Shown here piece by piece: positions 16,485 through 25,458 of a stretch of 27,818 nt of DNA. The translations under genes were made by a program, and so were the position numbers. The DNA is from a virus. Lineage: Duplodnaviria; Caudoviricetes. A model generated the notes under the pieces. It did not search any database and was not told the origin of the DNA. It saw only the letters and a program-made list of their open reading frames with translations. The stretch spans positions 1-27,818 of the IMG/VR virus record IMGVR_UViG_3300033475_000125; one strand, written 5' to 3'. How positions within the stretch are numbered: the stretch's first letter is position 1; each line of letters begins with the position of its first letter.

Positions 16485-17785
16485 CCTGCCGCCTCACCGA
16501 CAAGCCTGCCCGCGGCGACCTCCCCAAAGGTCGCCGCATTTGATTCCAGCCGCGCCTCAAGCCCGGTGAACGCCTGCCAGCGCCGCACCGCAACGTCCAC
16601 ATAGGCCGCGTTGAGCTCCACCGCGTGGCAGGCCCGGCCGGTCATCTCCGCGGCAATGATGGTGGTCCCGCTCCCGCTGAACGGCTCATAAACCGCCTGC
16701 CCGGGGGAGCTATTGTTCTCGATCGGCCGCTTCATGCACTCGACCGGCTTCTGCGTTGAATGCCCGGTCTCATTCTTTACGTGGGCGATCTCCCACAGCG
16801 TGCTGGCAGACTTGCTCCCGGCCCAATGCCCGGTTTTGCCCTTCCGCACCGCATACCAGCAAGGCTCGTGCTGCCAATTGTAGTGACCGCGGGAGATGGC
16901 GAACGAGCTCTTTGCCCAAATGATCTGCGACCGCACCTCAAAGCCGGCCGCCTCGATCGAGGACTGCACCGCGGAGGCGTTGACGCCGGCATGCCAGACG
17001 TAGGCTACCTCGCCCGGGAAGAGGCCCCACGCCTCCGTCCAATCCATCCGCCCGTCATTGGAGACCGTGCCAAGGGCGGACGGCGAGAAGCCAATCAAAC
17101 CCTTCCGCGCCGCCTCCTCACGCCAGGCCGGATCATACTCCACGCCGTACGGCGGGTCGGTGACCATCAGGTGCGGCTTCACGCCGGCCAGGGCGGCCTC
17201 AACGGCTCCGGCGTCGGTAGAGTCCCCACAGACCAACCGGTGCCGGCCCAGCAGCCACACGTCGCCCGGGACGGATACGACCGCGGCCTCCTCGGCCGGA
17301 ACGTCATCCGGATCGGTCAGCCCCTCGTTGCTATCCAGCAGCCCGGCAAGCTCGGCGCCCGAGAAGCCGGTCAACGCCAGGTCAAACCCGCCTAGTGCCA
17401 GGTCGCCCAGCTCCAGCTTCAGCATCTCGACGTCCCAGCCGGCGTTGAGCGTCAGCTTGTTGTCCGCCAGCACATAGGCCCGGATCTGCGCCTGGCTCCA
17501 GCCGCGCGCAACCATGACCGGCACCGTACCCAGGCCCAGCTTCTGCGCCGCCAGCACCCGCCCGTGGCCGGCTATGATGCCGTTCGCCTCGTCCACCAGC
17601 ACCGGATTGGTAAAGCCCCATTCGCGTATGCTTGACGCTATCTGCGCGACCTGTTCCGGGCTGTGCGTTCGGGCGTTTCGGGCGTACGGAATGAGCGCGG
17701 CAACCGCCCTCCGCTCCACAGAATCCGCAGGCCACAGGCGGGTCGTTGCGTTTTCCGTTTTAGGGGCGGCAATCCCGACCGGCAC
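16460..17785 (-). CDS. ParB-N domain / N6-N4 DNA methyltransferase fusion
   Basis: LIPYARNARTHS...IAGHGR (ParB-N); TDPPY, HSTQKPVE, EPFSGSGTT (beta-class amino-MTase). GTG 17785 chosen because of a GAGG SD. Confidence 0.92.
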   Translation of the reverse strand: MPVGIAAPKTENATTRLWPADSVERRAVAALIPYARNARTHSPEQVAQIASSIREWGFTNPVLVDEANGIIAGHGRVLAAQKLGLGTVPVMVARGWSQAQIRAYVLADNKLTLNAGWDVEMLKLELGDLALGGFDLALTGFSGAELAGLLDSNEGLTDPDDVPAEEAAVVSVPGDVWLLGRHRLVCGDSTDAGAVEAALAGVKPHLMVTDPPYGVEYDPAWREEAARKGLIGFSPSALGTVSNDGRMDWTEAWGLFPGEVAYVWHAGVNASAVQSSIEAAGFEVRSQIIWAKSSFAISRGHYNWQHEPCWYAVRKGKTGHWAGSKSASTLWEIAHVKNETGHSTQKPVECMKRPIENNSSPGQAVYEPFSGSGTTIIAAEMTGRACHAVELNAAYVDVAVRRWQAFTGLEARLESNAATFGEVAAGRLVGEAAGQASLERA

Positions 17786-17954
17786 AGGTTTGACCTCGTA
17801 AAACAAAACGGCGGCCCTCCGCAGAGAAACCGCCGCAACAAACCGCAATCTAGCTATTGACTCCCATGATTCGCAGGCATCCGTCAACATCGAAACAGAT
17901 GAAACCTTCCCCGCCCTGCGCTACAGTTGGCGCCGCCAACAGTGGGGAACAGCA

Positions 17955-18542
17955 ATGATCATGCCGACGACGCGGGACGAATGGCGCGACAGCCTTGAGG
18001 GCGCGATGATTGCCGCCGGGGAGAGGCTGCTTGCGGACGGCGACGTCCGGCCGATCGTCGCCATCGAATTGGCGAACGGCAAGGTCCTCATCGACGCGGC
18101 GTGGCCGGACCAGCGGGCGGAGGAAGTCGCCTGGCGCATCGTCAAGCTGGCGGTCGTCGCCTGGGATGCTGTCGCGGTCTTCTACATCATCCACGGTCAG
18201 ATCAGCGCCGTTCGCCGCTTGCCGGAGGAGACCGAAGAGCAATTCATCGCCCGCGCACCGAACGACGCCAGCCCCGCCTACGAGGCCCTGGTCGGCTGCG
18301 TGACCTTTCGGACGCCCGGGACCGCGGAGCGGCACACCCTCCTTGAGACGCGGAAGGTAAAACGCGATGCGGGCGGGTCGGTCACCGATATCGAGGCCGA
18401 GGATCACCCGGATGAAGACGCCCAAGGATACATGGCCGAGCTCTTCCCGGATTGGGTGCCGACGATCGCGCAACGCGATGCGGCCCGGGCCATCTTGAGC
18501 GAGATGGGCCTGCCCAATCCCAAGCCCGCGACGATGCATTGA
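17955..18542 (+). CDS. Hypothetical protein (antisense moron-like gene)
   Basis: 195 aa globular-looking ORF with GGGGA SD, opposite strand to its neighbours. Confidence 0.75.
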   Translation: MIMPTTRDEWRDSLEGAMIAAGERLLADGDVRPIVAIELANGKVLIDAAWPDQRAEEVAWRIVKLAVVAWDAVAVFYIIHGQISAVRRLPEETEEQFIARAPNDASPAYEALVGCVTFRTPGTAERHTLLETRKVKRDAGGSVTDIEAEDHPDEDAQGYMAELFPDWVPTIAQRDAARAILSEMGLPNPKPATMH

Positions 18543-18606
18543 TTGGCCCCGGGGCTTTCACCCGGTCCGGCATGGCTCATTCCCTACCGCACCCGTGCCG
18601 GGCCGC

Positions 18607-18861
18607 CTACGCGGAGGGTTTAGCGCTGCCGCCAGTCCTGTCGGTAGCCCGAAGGGCGGTTCCCCGGACGCCCGCGCCGTCCCGGCCGCGCTCCATCTCC
18701 TCGGGATAGCGGGACAAGCCGCCGACCGCAACAGCCGCCCAGTCGCGCAGCGCCCGCTCATGGTCGCGGGCCGTGACGTAACCCAGCATGAGGTCGAGGA
18801 TGTCCCGCGCCCCGGCGACGTAGCCGGCGGACCAGTCCGCCTGGCGCTGCTTTTCCTCCAT
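18607..18861 (-). CDS. Hypothetical protein
   Basis: TAAGGA SD; last ORF of the coupled small-gene run. Confidence 0.55.
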   Translation of the reverse strand: MEEKQRQADWSAGYVAGARDILDLMLGYVTARDHERALRDWAAVAVGGLSRYPEEMERGRDGAGVRGTALRATDRTGGSAKPSA

Positions 18862-18910
18862 ATTTCTGATCCTTACGAAGCTTCCGAAGCTTATGCGCGG
18901 TCATGGCCGC

Positions 18911-19111
18911 TCATGCGTACGGCTCGTCCGCTTCGGCCTTGGCTTGCAAGCTGCATGAGCAGAGGGCCGCGCCCCCTCGCGCATTGCAATCAATGCCGGT
19001 CGGCTCGCAGTCGGCATCCGCTTGCACCCGCCGCATCAGCGCCCGGTGCAGGCGCGAGACTTCTGCCAACGCAGCCGAAACCCGTGCCGGCGATGGATCA
19101 GGCTCGCTCAT
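18911..19111 (-). CDS. Hypothetical Cys-containing protein
   Basis: ATG 19111 overlaps the upstream stop (ATGA). Confidence 0.5.
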   Translation of the reverse strand: MSEPDPSPARVSAALAEVSRLHRALMRRVQADADCEPTGIDCNARGGAALCSCSLQAKAEADEPYA

Positions 19112-19530
19112 GGCCGCCCCGGCCGCGCCCGCACGTCCGGCGTGTCGCCGAGCTGGGCGACCTCCGCGAACGACAGCGGCTTGCGCCATTGCATCGTCAC
19201 CGCCAGCATCGCCCGCTCCTCGCCCTCAACCGGGATCACCGGCTCGGAGCTCCCGAGCCCGAACAGGATGCGGTCCCGGATAGCCTCCATCTTGCGCCAG
19301 CGCGTTGGGCTCCACCGGAGCACCGATACCGGCCCCTCCGGCCCCTGCCAGCACAACGAGAGGTGCCAAAGCGGCCGGCCGCCGGCATATACGCTTCACT
19401 CTTCGCCGATGTTGCACGTCAGGCCGGCGGAGACCTCCCGCTCGGCCTGCCAGTAGTGTCCGGGCCGCACATCCCGCGGCGGGTCATAGATTGGGTGCGC
19501 CAACGCGAACCGCGCGTGGTTGTCCATCAT
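19108..19530 (-). pseudogene. Hypothetical gene interrupted by a single in-frame TGA (19396-19398)
   Basis: MMDNHARFALAHPIYD...CNIGEE*SVYAGGRPLWHLSLCW...RPGRP reads in one frame and is ATGA-coupled at both ends. Confidence 0.6.
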
Positions 19531-20627
19531 GTCCGACCGGCCCGCAGCATGCGCCCCAGGTAAAACGAGCAGACGCCAATGGCGGCATTGGCCGACAGGA
19601 AATCATGCAACGCCAACACCATCATATCTGTCGCCTCCCTGAAGCCTCTATCGCCTGGGCGATGCGGTCCCGCTCGGCTGTCAACCAATCTTCGACCGCA
19701 TCTTGAATGGCTTGCGCCAGTCCGTCCTTGAGCCTGGCACTGGCGTTTGACGGCAGGAAATAGGCCGCCAACTCATAGCAGGCCGGATCGTAGCCCTTCA
19801 TGATCGCTCCGCAGCGGTCAGATGCCGGCGTGTTCATAGTGTCCCCCAAGCGCACGCATCGCCATTCCCGGCGCCCAACTTGAATTGCCATGCGTGAGGT
19901 TGGCGATCTCGCGCAATGCGGCGCGCAGCCGCTCGATGAGCTCCCTTTGCAGCTTCGGATCATCGATCGGCCGGTCGTTAATCATACCTTCTCCGCCTCC
20001 CTGGCCTCTATAGCCTCCGCGGTCACCGCCGCCTGCTCCCATTGCGCGGCGAACCGCAGCAGCGCCTCCGCCCGATCCGGATACCGCTCCGCCGCCAGGC
20101 GGTTGAAATGGGCCACGCTGCGGCAGGCACGCGACGACGGGTGCATGAGGTCGATGAACTCACCCAACCACTGTTCCCCCCGCGTCATTCCTGCCGCTCC
20201 GCAGCAGCTTGCGCCCGCGCCCGCCACAGCGCGGCGAACTCTTCGCACAGGTCCGCGTCATCCGGCTGGCCACTCGCCCGGCACCGCTCCGCGCTCACCC
20301 GATACAGGCCCGAAATGCCCAGGCATTCGCTGGCCGACGCCTCGCTAAACGGGAGCTCCCGCCGCGCCCGCTCCAACGCCTCCCGATCGTCGTAAATCAT
20401 CATGCCGCCGCGGTCTCCGTCTCCGGCTTCAACGGATACAGCCAGTCGGCCACCTTCATCGCCGCTTCCGGCGTGCGGATGTCCATACCGCAGCATGGAC
20501 AGAACAACACCGGACGCCGCCCGCCGCCCGGAATGATCACGGAGTAGCCCGAGGGCAACCGGCCGACCGTTACGCCATCAAGGCGCGTGCGGTCATACCA
20601 GCCAGGACGTTGCGCTACTGTCTGCAT
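19527..20627 (-). other. Run of six small, mostly coupled hypothetical ORFs (nin-like region): 19527-19625, 19622-19837, 19818-19985, 19982-20188, 20185-20403, 20400-20627
   Basis: Successive ATGA overlaps. The first ORF has a GAGAGG SD and a CPCCG motif. Confidence 0.6.
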
Positions 20628-21193
20628 TTCCTCTCGCTTTCCCCAAAAAAGCCAGCCTGCCATTTGTGATTTGACAATTGTATGTGGTTGAGAGCGCCAA
20701 CGATAATCGCGATTCCATGGGTATGCCAACTCTTAATCGCACGCGAATCCGCGCCTAACAGAACGGCAATACGTTTCCAGGTCATAATGTGCCGACACGT
20801 CTCCGGTGAAACCAGGCTGCGGGCCGCAACGATGCGGCGGAGGACGTGCCGGTTCTGGGGTATCAACCGTAACCACCCATACGCCACGTCCATCCGGGTG
20901 ATCTCCGCCGCATCCGGCACCGCGGCCCGACTCGGCTCGTCCGTCCACCCATACGCCTCGATGGCCTCGCGCAGCACGTCCGGCATCGCCGAACGCACGC
21001 CGGCCGGATACGCCGAGGGCGTCCGCATCGCCAGTAAGGTCATCCCGGCGGCCTCCAACCGGTGCCCCACCATCTCCGCGTCAATCCGGCACGTCCCGGG
21101 CCTGGGAACGGCGCACACGCCGTCTAGCCCGCTGCCGCACGTCCCGCAGCCCCAAACCGCCCCAGGCGCTGTACGGGCTTCACAGGCGGTCAT
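20615..21193 (-). CDS. DUF6362-like protein (candidate late-gene regulator)
   Basis: RLEAAG.TL..., SAMPDVLRE..EAYGW, P.A.EITRMD.A.GWL.LIP....LRRIV.ARS, WKRIA..LG.D. Confidence 0.7.
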   Translation of the reverse strand: MTACEARTAPGAVWGCGTCGSGLDGVCAVPRPGTCRIDAEMVGHRLEAAGMTLLAMRTPSAYPAGVRSAMPDVLREAIEAYGWTDEPSRAAVPDAAEITRMDVAYGWLRLIPQNRHVLRRIVAARSLVSPETCRHIMTWKRIAVLLGADSRAIKSWHTHGIAIIVGALNHIQLSNHKWQAGFFGESERKCRQ

Positions 21194-21444
21194 TCGTCCT
21201 CCCGCTGCGTCGCCACGGCATCGGCCAGGTTGTCCAACGCCCCGCCGAGCCGGTGGCCCAGCATCTCCAGCGCTCCCATCGCCGTCGCCGCGTCATTGTT
21301 GCCCAACCTGCGGAGGGCTTCCGCGGTCTCCCGCTGCGCCTCGGCCAGCGCCAGCAGCCCGTAGGCGATGGCATAGCCCGGGTCGGTGACGGCTTTGTCC
21401 CGGCACACGTTGCGCAAGATGCCCTCCGCCTGTCGCTCCGTCAT
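21190..21444 (-). CDS. Hypothetical protein
   Basis: GGAGG SD, ATGA coupling; AIAYGLLALAEA...LG...AAT.MGALE. Confidence 0.65.
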   Translation of the reverse strand: MTERQAEGILRNVCRDKAVTDPGYAIAYGLLALAEAQRETAEALRRLGNNDAATAMGALEMLGHRLGGALDNLADAVATQREDE

Positions 21445-21662
21445 GGCGCCTCCTCCGATTGCCGCATCGCCCACAGCCCGTCGTTGTATTGCGTGCAGGC
21501 CATGCTGGCGGCGCGCAAGGCCGCCGTCCGGGTCCGGAAGAGGCAGAGCATCGAATGCGTCTCCGGTTGGCCCTCCGCGTTCATCGCGTAGTAGACCGGC
21601 TCCCAACGCAGCCAGCCCAGGCGGCGGGCACCAAATTCCCGGTATACCAGGCCCGGGATCAT
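21441..21662 (-). CDS. Hypothetical protein
   Basis: ATGA-coupled on both sides. Confidence 0.5.
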   Translation of the reverse strand: MIPGLVYREFGARRLGWLRWEPVYYAMNAEGQPETHSMLCLFRTRTAALRAASMACTQYNDGLWAMRQSEEAP

Positions 21663-22558
21663 GCCGCGACGCCCTGCCTCGCCGCGGCGCGGATTGCGGC
21701 GAGGTATTCCGGCGGCAGGTAGCGGGGCCGGGGCCGCTTTGGCACCAGCAGCGCCTCAACCTCGTCGCGATCCAGGACGGGGCCGCGGCCGGGCGCATAG
21801 GCGACCCCAGCGACCCGGGCCTGCAACGCCGTCAGCGCCCCCGCCAGCGGGACTGGCAACGGCGCCTGCGCCTGGGCCGCCTGCTGCCGCCGTCGCTCGA
21901 TCTCCCGCACGGACGGCTCCCGCTCCTCCGGCCCCTTGTCAGCCCCTTGGCCGCCCCCCCAACCATTCCGTCGAGCCACCGCCGCAATCCCGGGCGGCAG
22001 ACCGTCCAGCACGCTGCGGTCAACCGGCGCCGCCGCCTCCTCCGGCGGGGCGGGAGGCACGACCGGTGCAGCCTGCCGCCTTCCCTGATCAGCAATTTTG
22101 AAACTTGCCGGTTCGCGCGCGTCACGCGCGCAAGGTTCAGTTACTGGTTCTTTACTAGGTTTGGGTGCACGCGGTGCACCGGTCAGCGTACCTGATTTGC
22201 ACTGGTCGGGGTGCACGCGGTGCACTGGTTGGTGTGCAGAGGAGTGCACGCCGTGCACTGGTGCGGCCCCTGACCGGTGCACGCTGTGCACTGGTTGGAC
22301 CGGATCACTCTGGACGAAATAGTGCATGGTGCGCCCGCGTTGCTCCATGCGGATCAGGCCGCGCCCGGCGAGGCTGTGCACCAGGCTGTGCGCCTTGCGC
22401 CGCGATACGCCGGCATCCGAGGCGATGCACGGCAGCGACGGCCAGCACTCGCCATCCCGCGCCCGCTCGCACAGCGCGACCAGCACCATCCGCTCAAGGC
22501 CGGGAAGCCCCAGCTCACGGCCACGCTTCATGGCCCACAACATATCTGGGCAGCTCAC
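21659..22558 (-). CDS. Replication initiator (lambda O-like N-terminal HTH)
   Basis: ERMVLVALCERA.DGECWPSL..IA.DAGVSRR.....V..L...GLI; iteron repeats lie in the linker. Confidence 0.8.
   Translation of the reverse strand: MSCPDMLWAMKRGRELGLPGLERMVLVALCERARDGECWPSLPCIASDAGVSRRKAHSLVHSLAGRGLIRMEQRGRTMHYFVQSDPVQPVHSVHRSGAAPVHGVHSSAHQPVHRVHPDQCKSGTLTGAPRAPKPSKEPVTEPCARDAREPASFKIADQGRRQAAPVVPPAPPEEAAAPVDRSVLDGLPPGIAAVARRNGWGGGQGADKGPEEREPSVREIERRRQQAAQAQAPLPVPLAGALTALQARVAGVAYAPGRGPVLDRDEVEALLVPKRPRPRYLPPEYLAAIRAAARQGVAA
22134..22295. repeat. Probable phage replication origin: four iterons GTGCAC-GCN-GTGCAC-YGGT plus adjacent AT-richer tract
   Basis: Copies start at 22165, 22211, 22244 and 22277. 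TTCAGTTACTGGTTCTTTACTAGGTTT is adjacent. Confidence 0.85.
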
Positions 22559-22992
22559 GGCCTTACCTCCCTGATGTATTGGCGTTTTTTGGCGCGGCGC
22601 ACGACGAACATGCCCTCGTTCTGAAGGCGAGCCAGGTGGCGGCCGATTTGCGATGGATCAATCCCGATGACTTGGCCCAGCACCGCCTGCGTGGGCAGCG
22701 GCTTGCCGGCCCTGTGGCAGGCCCGCACGGCCGCCATCAGCATCTTCCGGACCTCAATGCCGCGCAGGGCGTTGTTCCGGGTGCAAGGCCCGCATGACAG
22801 GGCCGCATTTCCGTTCTGGAACATAGGCACGTCTCCGCTTGCGTCGGCGGAGGCGTCGTGCGAAAAGAGCGGTGTCGATGACGCTCTTTCGCGCTTTCCC
22901 GCGCCGATCTGGTTAGGTTCAGCGCCCGCTCCGGTTCCAGCCGGGCGGGCGTTCCTATTTGGACCCCGACTCCGAGCCGACGCAATATTCAT
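22555..22992 (-). CDS. HTH-domain protein
   Basis: LPTQAVLGQVIGIDPSQIGRHLARLQNEG; coupled both sides. Confidence 0.6.
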   Translation of the reverse strand: MNIASARSRGPNRNARPAGTGAGAEPNQIGAGKRERASSTPLFSHDASADASGDVPMFQNGNAALSCGPCTRNNALRGIEVRKMLMAAVRACHRAGKPLPTQAVLGQVIGIDPSQIGRHLARLQNEGMFVVRRAKKRQYIREVRP

Positions 22993-23402
22993 AGTTGGAC
23001 CCTCCGAGCCCGCGGGATGCCCCAGGTATCCAAGCAGCCCAAGAGCTCCGCGGCGTCACGCGCAACGCCGACCAGGCCGCCGCCTACCAGCAGCGCCGTG
23101 CCGACGCTCCGCTGGTGCTCCGACAGCGCCGCGTCCGCGTCCTCCGTCTTGATTTCCAGGAAATGCGCCCGACCCCGGTAGAGAATGAAGGTATCGAGGA
23201 TGCCGGCGATGATGCCGCGGCCGATTCGCACGCCGGGGATCTCGCCCGCATAGTTGGCGTGGTCGATCGAATACCAGACCACGCCGTGCCGGCTCACCTT
23301 CCCGGCCGGCGCGATCTCAAGGCGCAGGATGCGGCACAGCTGCTCTTGCAGCGGATGCTCTTTGACCACAGGCGCGGTCAGCCGGAACCGCGCCGCGGTC
23401 AT
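22989..23402 (-). CDS. VRR-NUC / PD-(D/E)xK nuclease
   Basis: KEHPLQ, GIIAGILD......GRAHFLEIKT, LSEHQ. Confidence 0.8.
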   Translation of the reverse strand: MTAARFRLTAPVVKEHPLQEQLCRILRLEIAPAGKVSRHGVVWYSIDHANYAGEIPGVRIGRGIIAGILDTFILYRGRAHFLEIKTEDADAALSEHQRSVGTALLVGGGLVGVARDAAELLGCLDTWGIPRARRVQL

Positions 23403-23479
23403 GACCGGCACACCGGAAAGCGACTCGTCATTCCGCCCAGGCCGGTTAGTGTTCCCGACCGGAAACGGAGGCTGAACGC

Positions 23480-23689
23480 ATGAGATGGCGCATTGATTAT
23501 TCCGACGACAAGGGCGCCGGTGATCTTGATCCGGTCGAGTATGACACGAAGGACCAAGCCGCCGATGAAGCCCGCGCCCGGCTTGATAGCGGCGATATGC
23601 CATGGGCGATCACGGCGCGCGTGTTCCCGATCGAGGATGACGGCGAGCCGGCCGCCGATCAGGCGGCGGCGACGACGATCAAAGCGTGA
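23480..23689 (+). CDS. Small acidic protein, antisense
   Basis: GGAGG SD 8 nt upstream; D/E-rich 69 aa. Confidence 0.6.
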   Translation: MRWRIDYSDDKGAGDLDPVEYDTKDQAADEARARLDSGDMPWAITARVFPIEDDGEPAADQAAATTIKA

Positions 23690-23700
23690 GATACCGGCCC

Positions 23701-24504
23701 TCATAAGCCGCACATCCCAAGGCAGTCGTTGCCGAAGAGGTCGAGTTGCGCAACGGATAGGTCAACCTGATCGAGCGGCACCCGATCGCGGTGCATGTAT
23801 TCGACGGCCCGCATGCCGCGGTTGTTGCCTACCCGTAAGAGCGCATCAGCCGCGATGGCGTCCGCCCATTCGTCCGGCCGGTTGTCGCGCATGTCGCGCC
23901 AATAGGCGTTGTCATGGAACGGGCACCCGATGCAGGCCGATTTCATCGGTTGCGGGTAGCCGTGCCGTTTCAGCCATAGCAGGCAATCGTGCCGCCGCAT
24001 CCGGGCATCGATCAGCGGATAGAGGTTGACCATGTACCGCTGTTTGGCGGACCGCATCCGGTGCGCCTCATCGAGCGATATCCCAAGCATGACTTCCACC
24101 GCGCCGGCGGGAATGTGCGCGTGCCCAGGCTTACCCAATTCGGCGCGGATCGCGTGCATGATCGGCGTCAACTTGTATTCCGATGAGCATTGGCGCCGGC
24201 CCATGCCTTCGGTACCGTCAGGGTTGACCGTATGCCACGGGATCGCCGCAAACCGGCCTCCCGTCGTATTGCGACGGTCGCGCAAGCCGTCGCGGATGTT
24301 GCCTTGCGCCACGCGCCGCACAGGAAACGGCAGAACCGTCTCCAGCCAGTCCAGATGCCTATAGACCGCGGCCGGCTCCCATCCGGTATCGGCGAAGATC
24401 GCGACGTCGGGAAACGGCGCCTCTTGGTGGGCCGCCATCAGGGCAAGCGTGGTCGATTGGACACCGGCACCGAGCGACAACACCCGGAGCACCGCCGCGC
24501 TCAT
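23701..24504 (-). CDS. PAPS-reductase-like (PP-loop adenine nucleotide alpha-hydrolase) protein with Cys motifs
   Basis: VLSLGAGVQST, IFADTGWE, RQCSSEYK, GISLDE, YPLID, KSACIGCPFH, C-terminal DCLGMCGL. Confidence 0.8.
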   Translation of the reverse strand: MSAAVLRVLSLGAGVQSTTLALMAAHQEAPFPDVAIFADTGWEPAAVYRHLDWLETVLPFPVRRVAQGNIRDGLRDRRNTTGGRFAAIPWHTVNPDGTEGMGRRQCSSEYKLTPIMHAIRAELGKPGHAHIPAGAVEVMLGISLDEAHRMRSAKQRYMVNLYPLIDARMRRHDCLLWLKRHGYPQPMKSACIGCPFHDNAYWRDMRDNRPDEWADAIAADALLRVGNNRGMRAVEYMHRDRVPLDQVDLSVAQLDLFGNDCLGMCGL

Positions 24505-24704
24505 GGGCGCGGCCTGTAGATATCAACGACGCCGACCGCGTGGTCCTCGAACCGTAGCGCCATCTCGATCGCGCCCTCTTGGCGGGCTTTCCGCACCGCC
24601 CGCGCGATCTGCTCGTTGGCGCGGGCCACGGTATCCGCGGTCACCGGGACCTCAGCCGGCGAGCCGTCGCTCCGCCGGTAAAGCAACAGCGTCCGGAGCA
24701 TCAC
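24501..24704 (-). CDS. Hypothetical protein
   Basis: Coupled on both sides. Confidence 0.5.
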   Translation of the reverse strand: MMLRTLLLYRRSDGSPAEVPVTADTVARANEQIARAVRKARQEGAIEMALRFEDHAVGVVDIYRPRP

Positions 24705-25012
24705 GCCGCATCCGCGACCGCAGGCTCACGAGAGGCCAACAGCAGGCCGCCGCGGGCCTCCGCTTCCTTGGCGACCGCCAGTGCCGCCTCAATCTCCATC
24801 TGCCGCGAGTCCAGGATCCGATGGTCGGCGGTGCGCGGACCTTTCTTGGTCATGATCCGCCGCGTCTGGCTGACTTCGGCCAGGCCCAGCTTCGCCAGCG
24901 TGTAGGCGAGCTCGGCGGCGCCTTCCTTGGCCGCCACCACGCCCTCATGCCCCAGGTCCGGCTGGTCGTCCGGGACGCCGGCCTCGATGATGATCTGCAC
25001 CCAGCGCTTCAT
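24701..25012 (-). CDS. Hypothetical protein
   Basis: ATG 25012 overlaps the gcrA stop; MKRWVQIIIEAGVPDD... Confidence 0.6.
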   Translation of the reverse strand: MKRWVQIIIEAGVPDDQPDLGHEGVVAAKEGAAELAYTLAKLGLAEVSQTRRIMTKKGPRTADHRILDSRQMEIEAALAVAKEAEARGGLLLASREPAVADAA

Positions 25013-25458
25013 GTCCCGGTCCTTTTGATATAGGCGGTTTTGCAATGAGTCGGGCAATACGGCCGATACCCATCGACCGGATCGGAGCAGAAACGAAAAC
25101 CCGGCCTGCCCGGCGAGCCTATCGGCCAGGCGCATTCCCGGCCCGGACGCTGCGGACGCGGCGGCGGTTCGCGCGCAGCCGGCGGCGGAAAGATCATCCT
25201 GGGCGGCGCGGCAACCGGCGCCGGCCGTGGCAGCGCCGGCAGCGGCTCCTCCGGCGTTGCTGGTTTCGCCGGTACGTATGTGCCGTTGGGCAGACGTTTG
25301 ATCGGTGAAGGGCGTGGTTCCAAATGCAACCTGTGGACTTTGCCGCAGATGCTGTTCTTTGATCGATGCATGCGCTCCGAGATGGCGGAAACGGTGTCGC
25401 CCGCCTCCCAACGCGCGCGGAGCAGATCAATCTCCGCCTGGGGCCATAGCTCGGTCAC
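25009..25458 (-). CDS. gcrA: GcrA-family cell-cycle regulator homolog
   Basis: W....IDLLRARW.AG.T.S.I......SKNSICGKVHRL.L and C-terminal CAWPIG.P....FRFC......RPYC..HC..AY. Confidence 0.88.
   Translation of the reverse strand: MTELWPQAEIDLLRARWEAGDTVSAISERMHRSKNSICGKVHRLHLEPRPSPIKRLPNGTYVPAKPATPEEPLPALPRPAPVAAPPRMIFPPPAAREPPPRPQRPGRECAWPIGSPGRPGFRFCSDPVDGYRPYCPTHCKTAYIKRTGT

Noticed and set aside
16460-17785. ParB-MTase as a novel defence system
   Set aside because: This fusion upstream of terS is a common phage arrangement, and there is no cognate restriction gene.
18877-18893. Tandem AAGCTT palindromes
   Set aside because: Short hairpin without a U-tract or a second copy; no function supportable.
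19396-19398. Selenocysteine or genome-wide TGA recoding
   Set aside because: No redox-motif context or evident SECIS, and TGA is the normal stop in most genes here.
18595-19563. 322-aa + strand ORF
   Set aside because: R/P-rich antisense shadow over coupled minus-strand genes.
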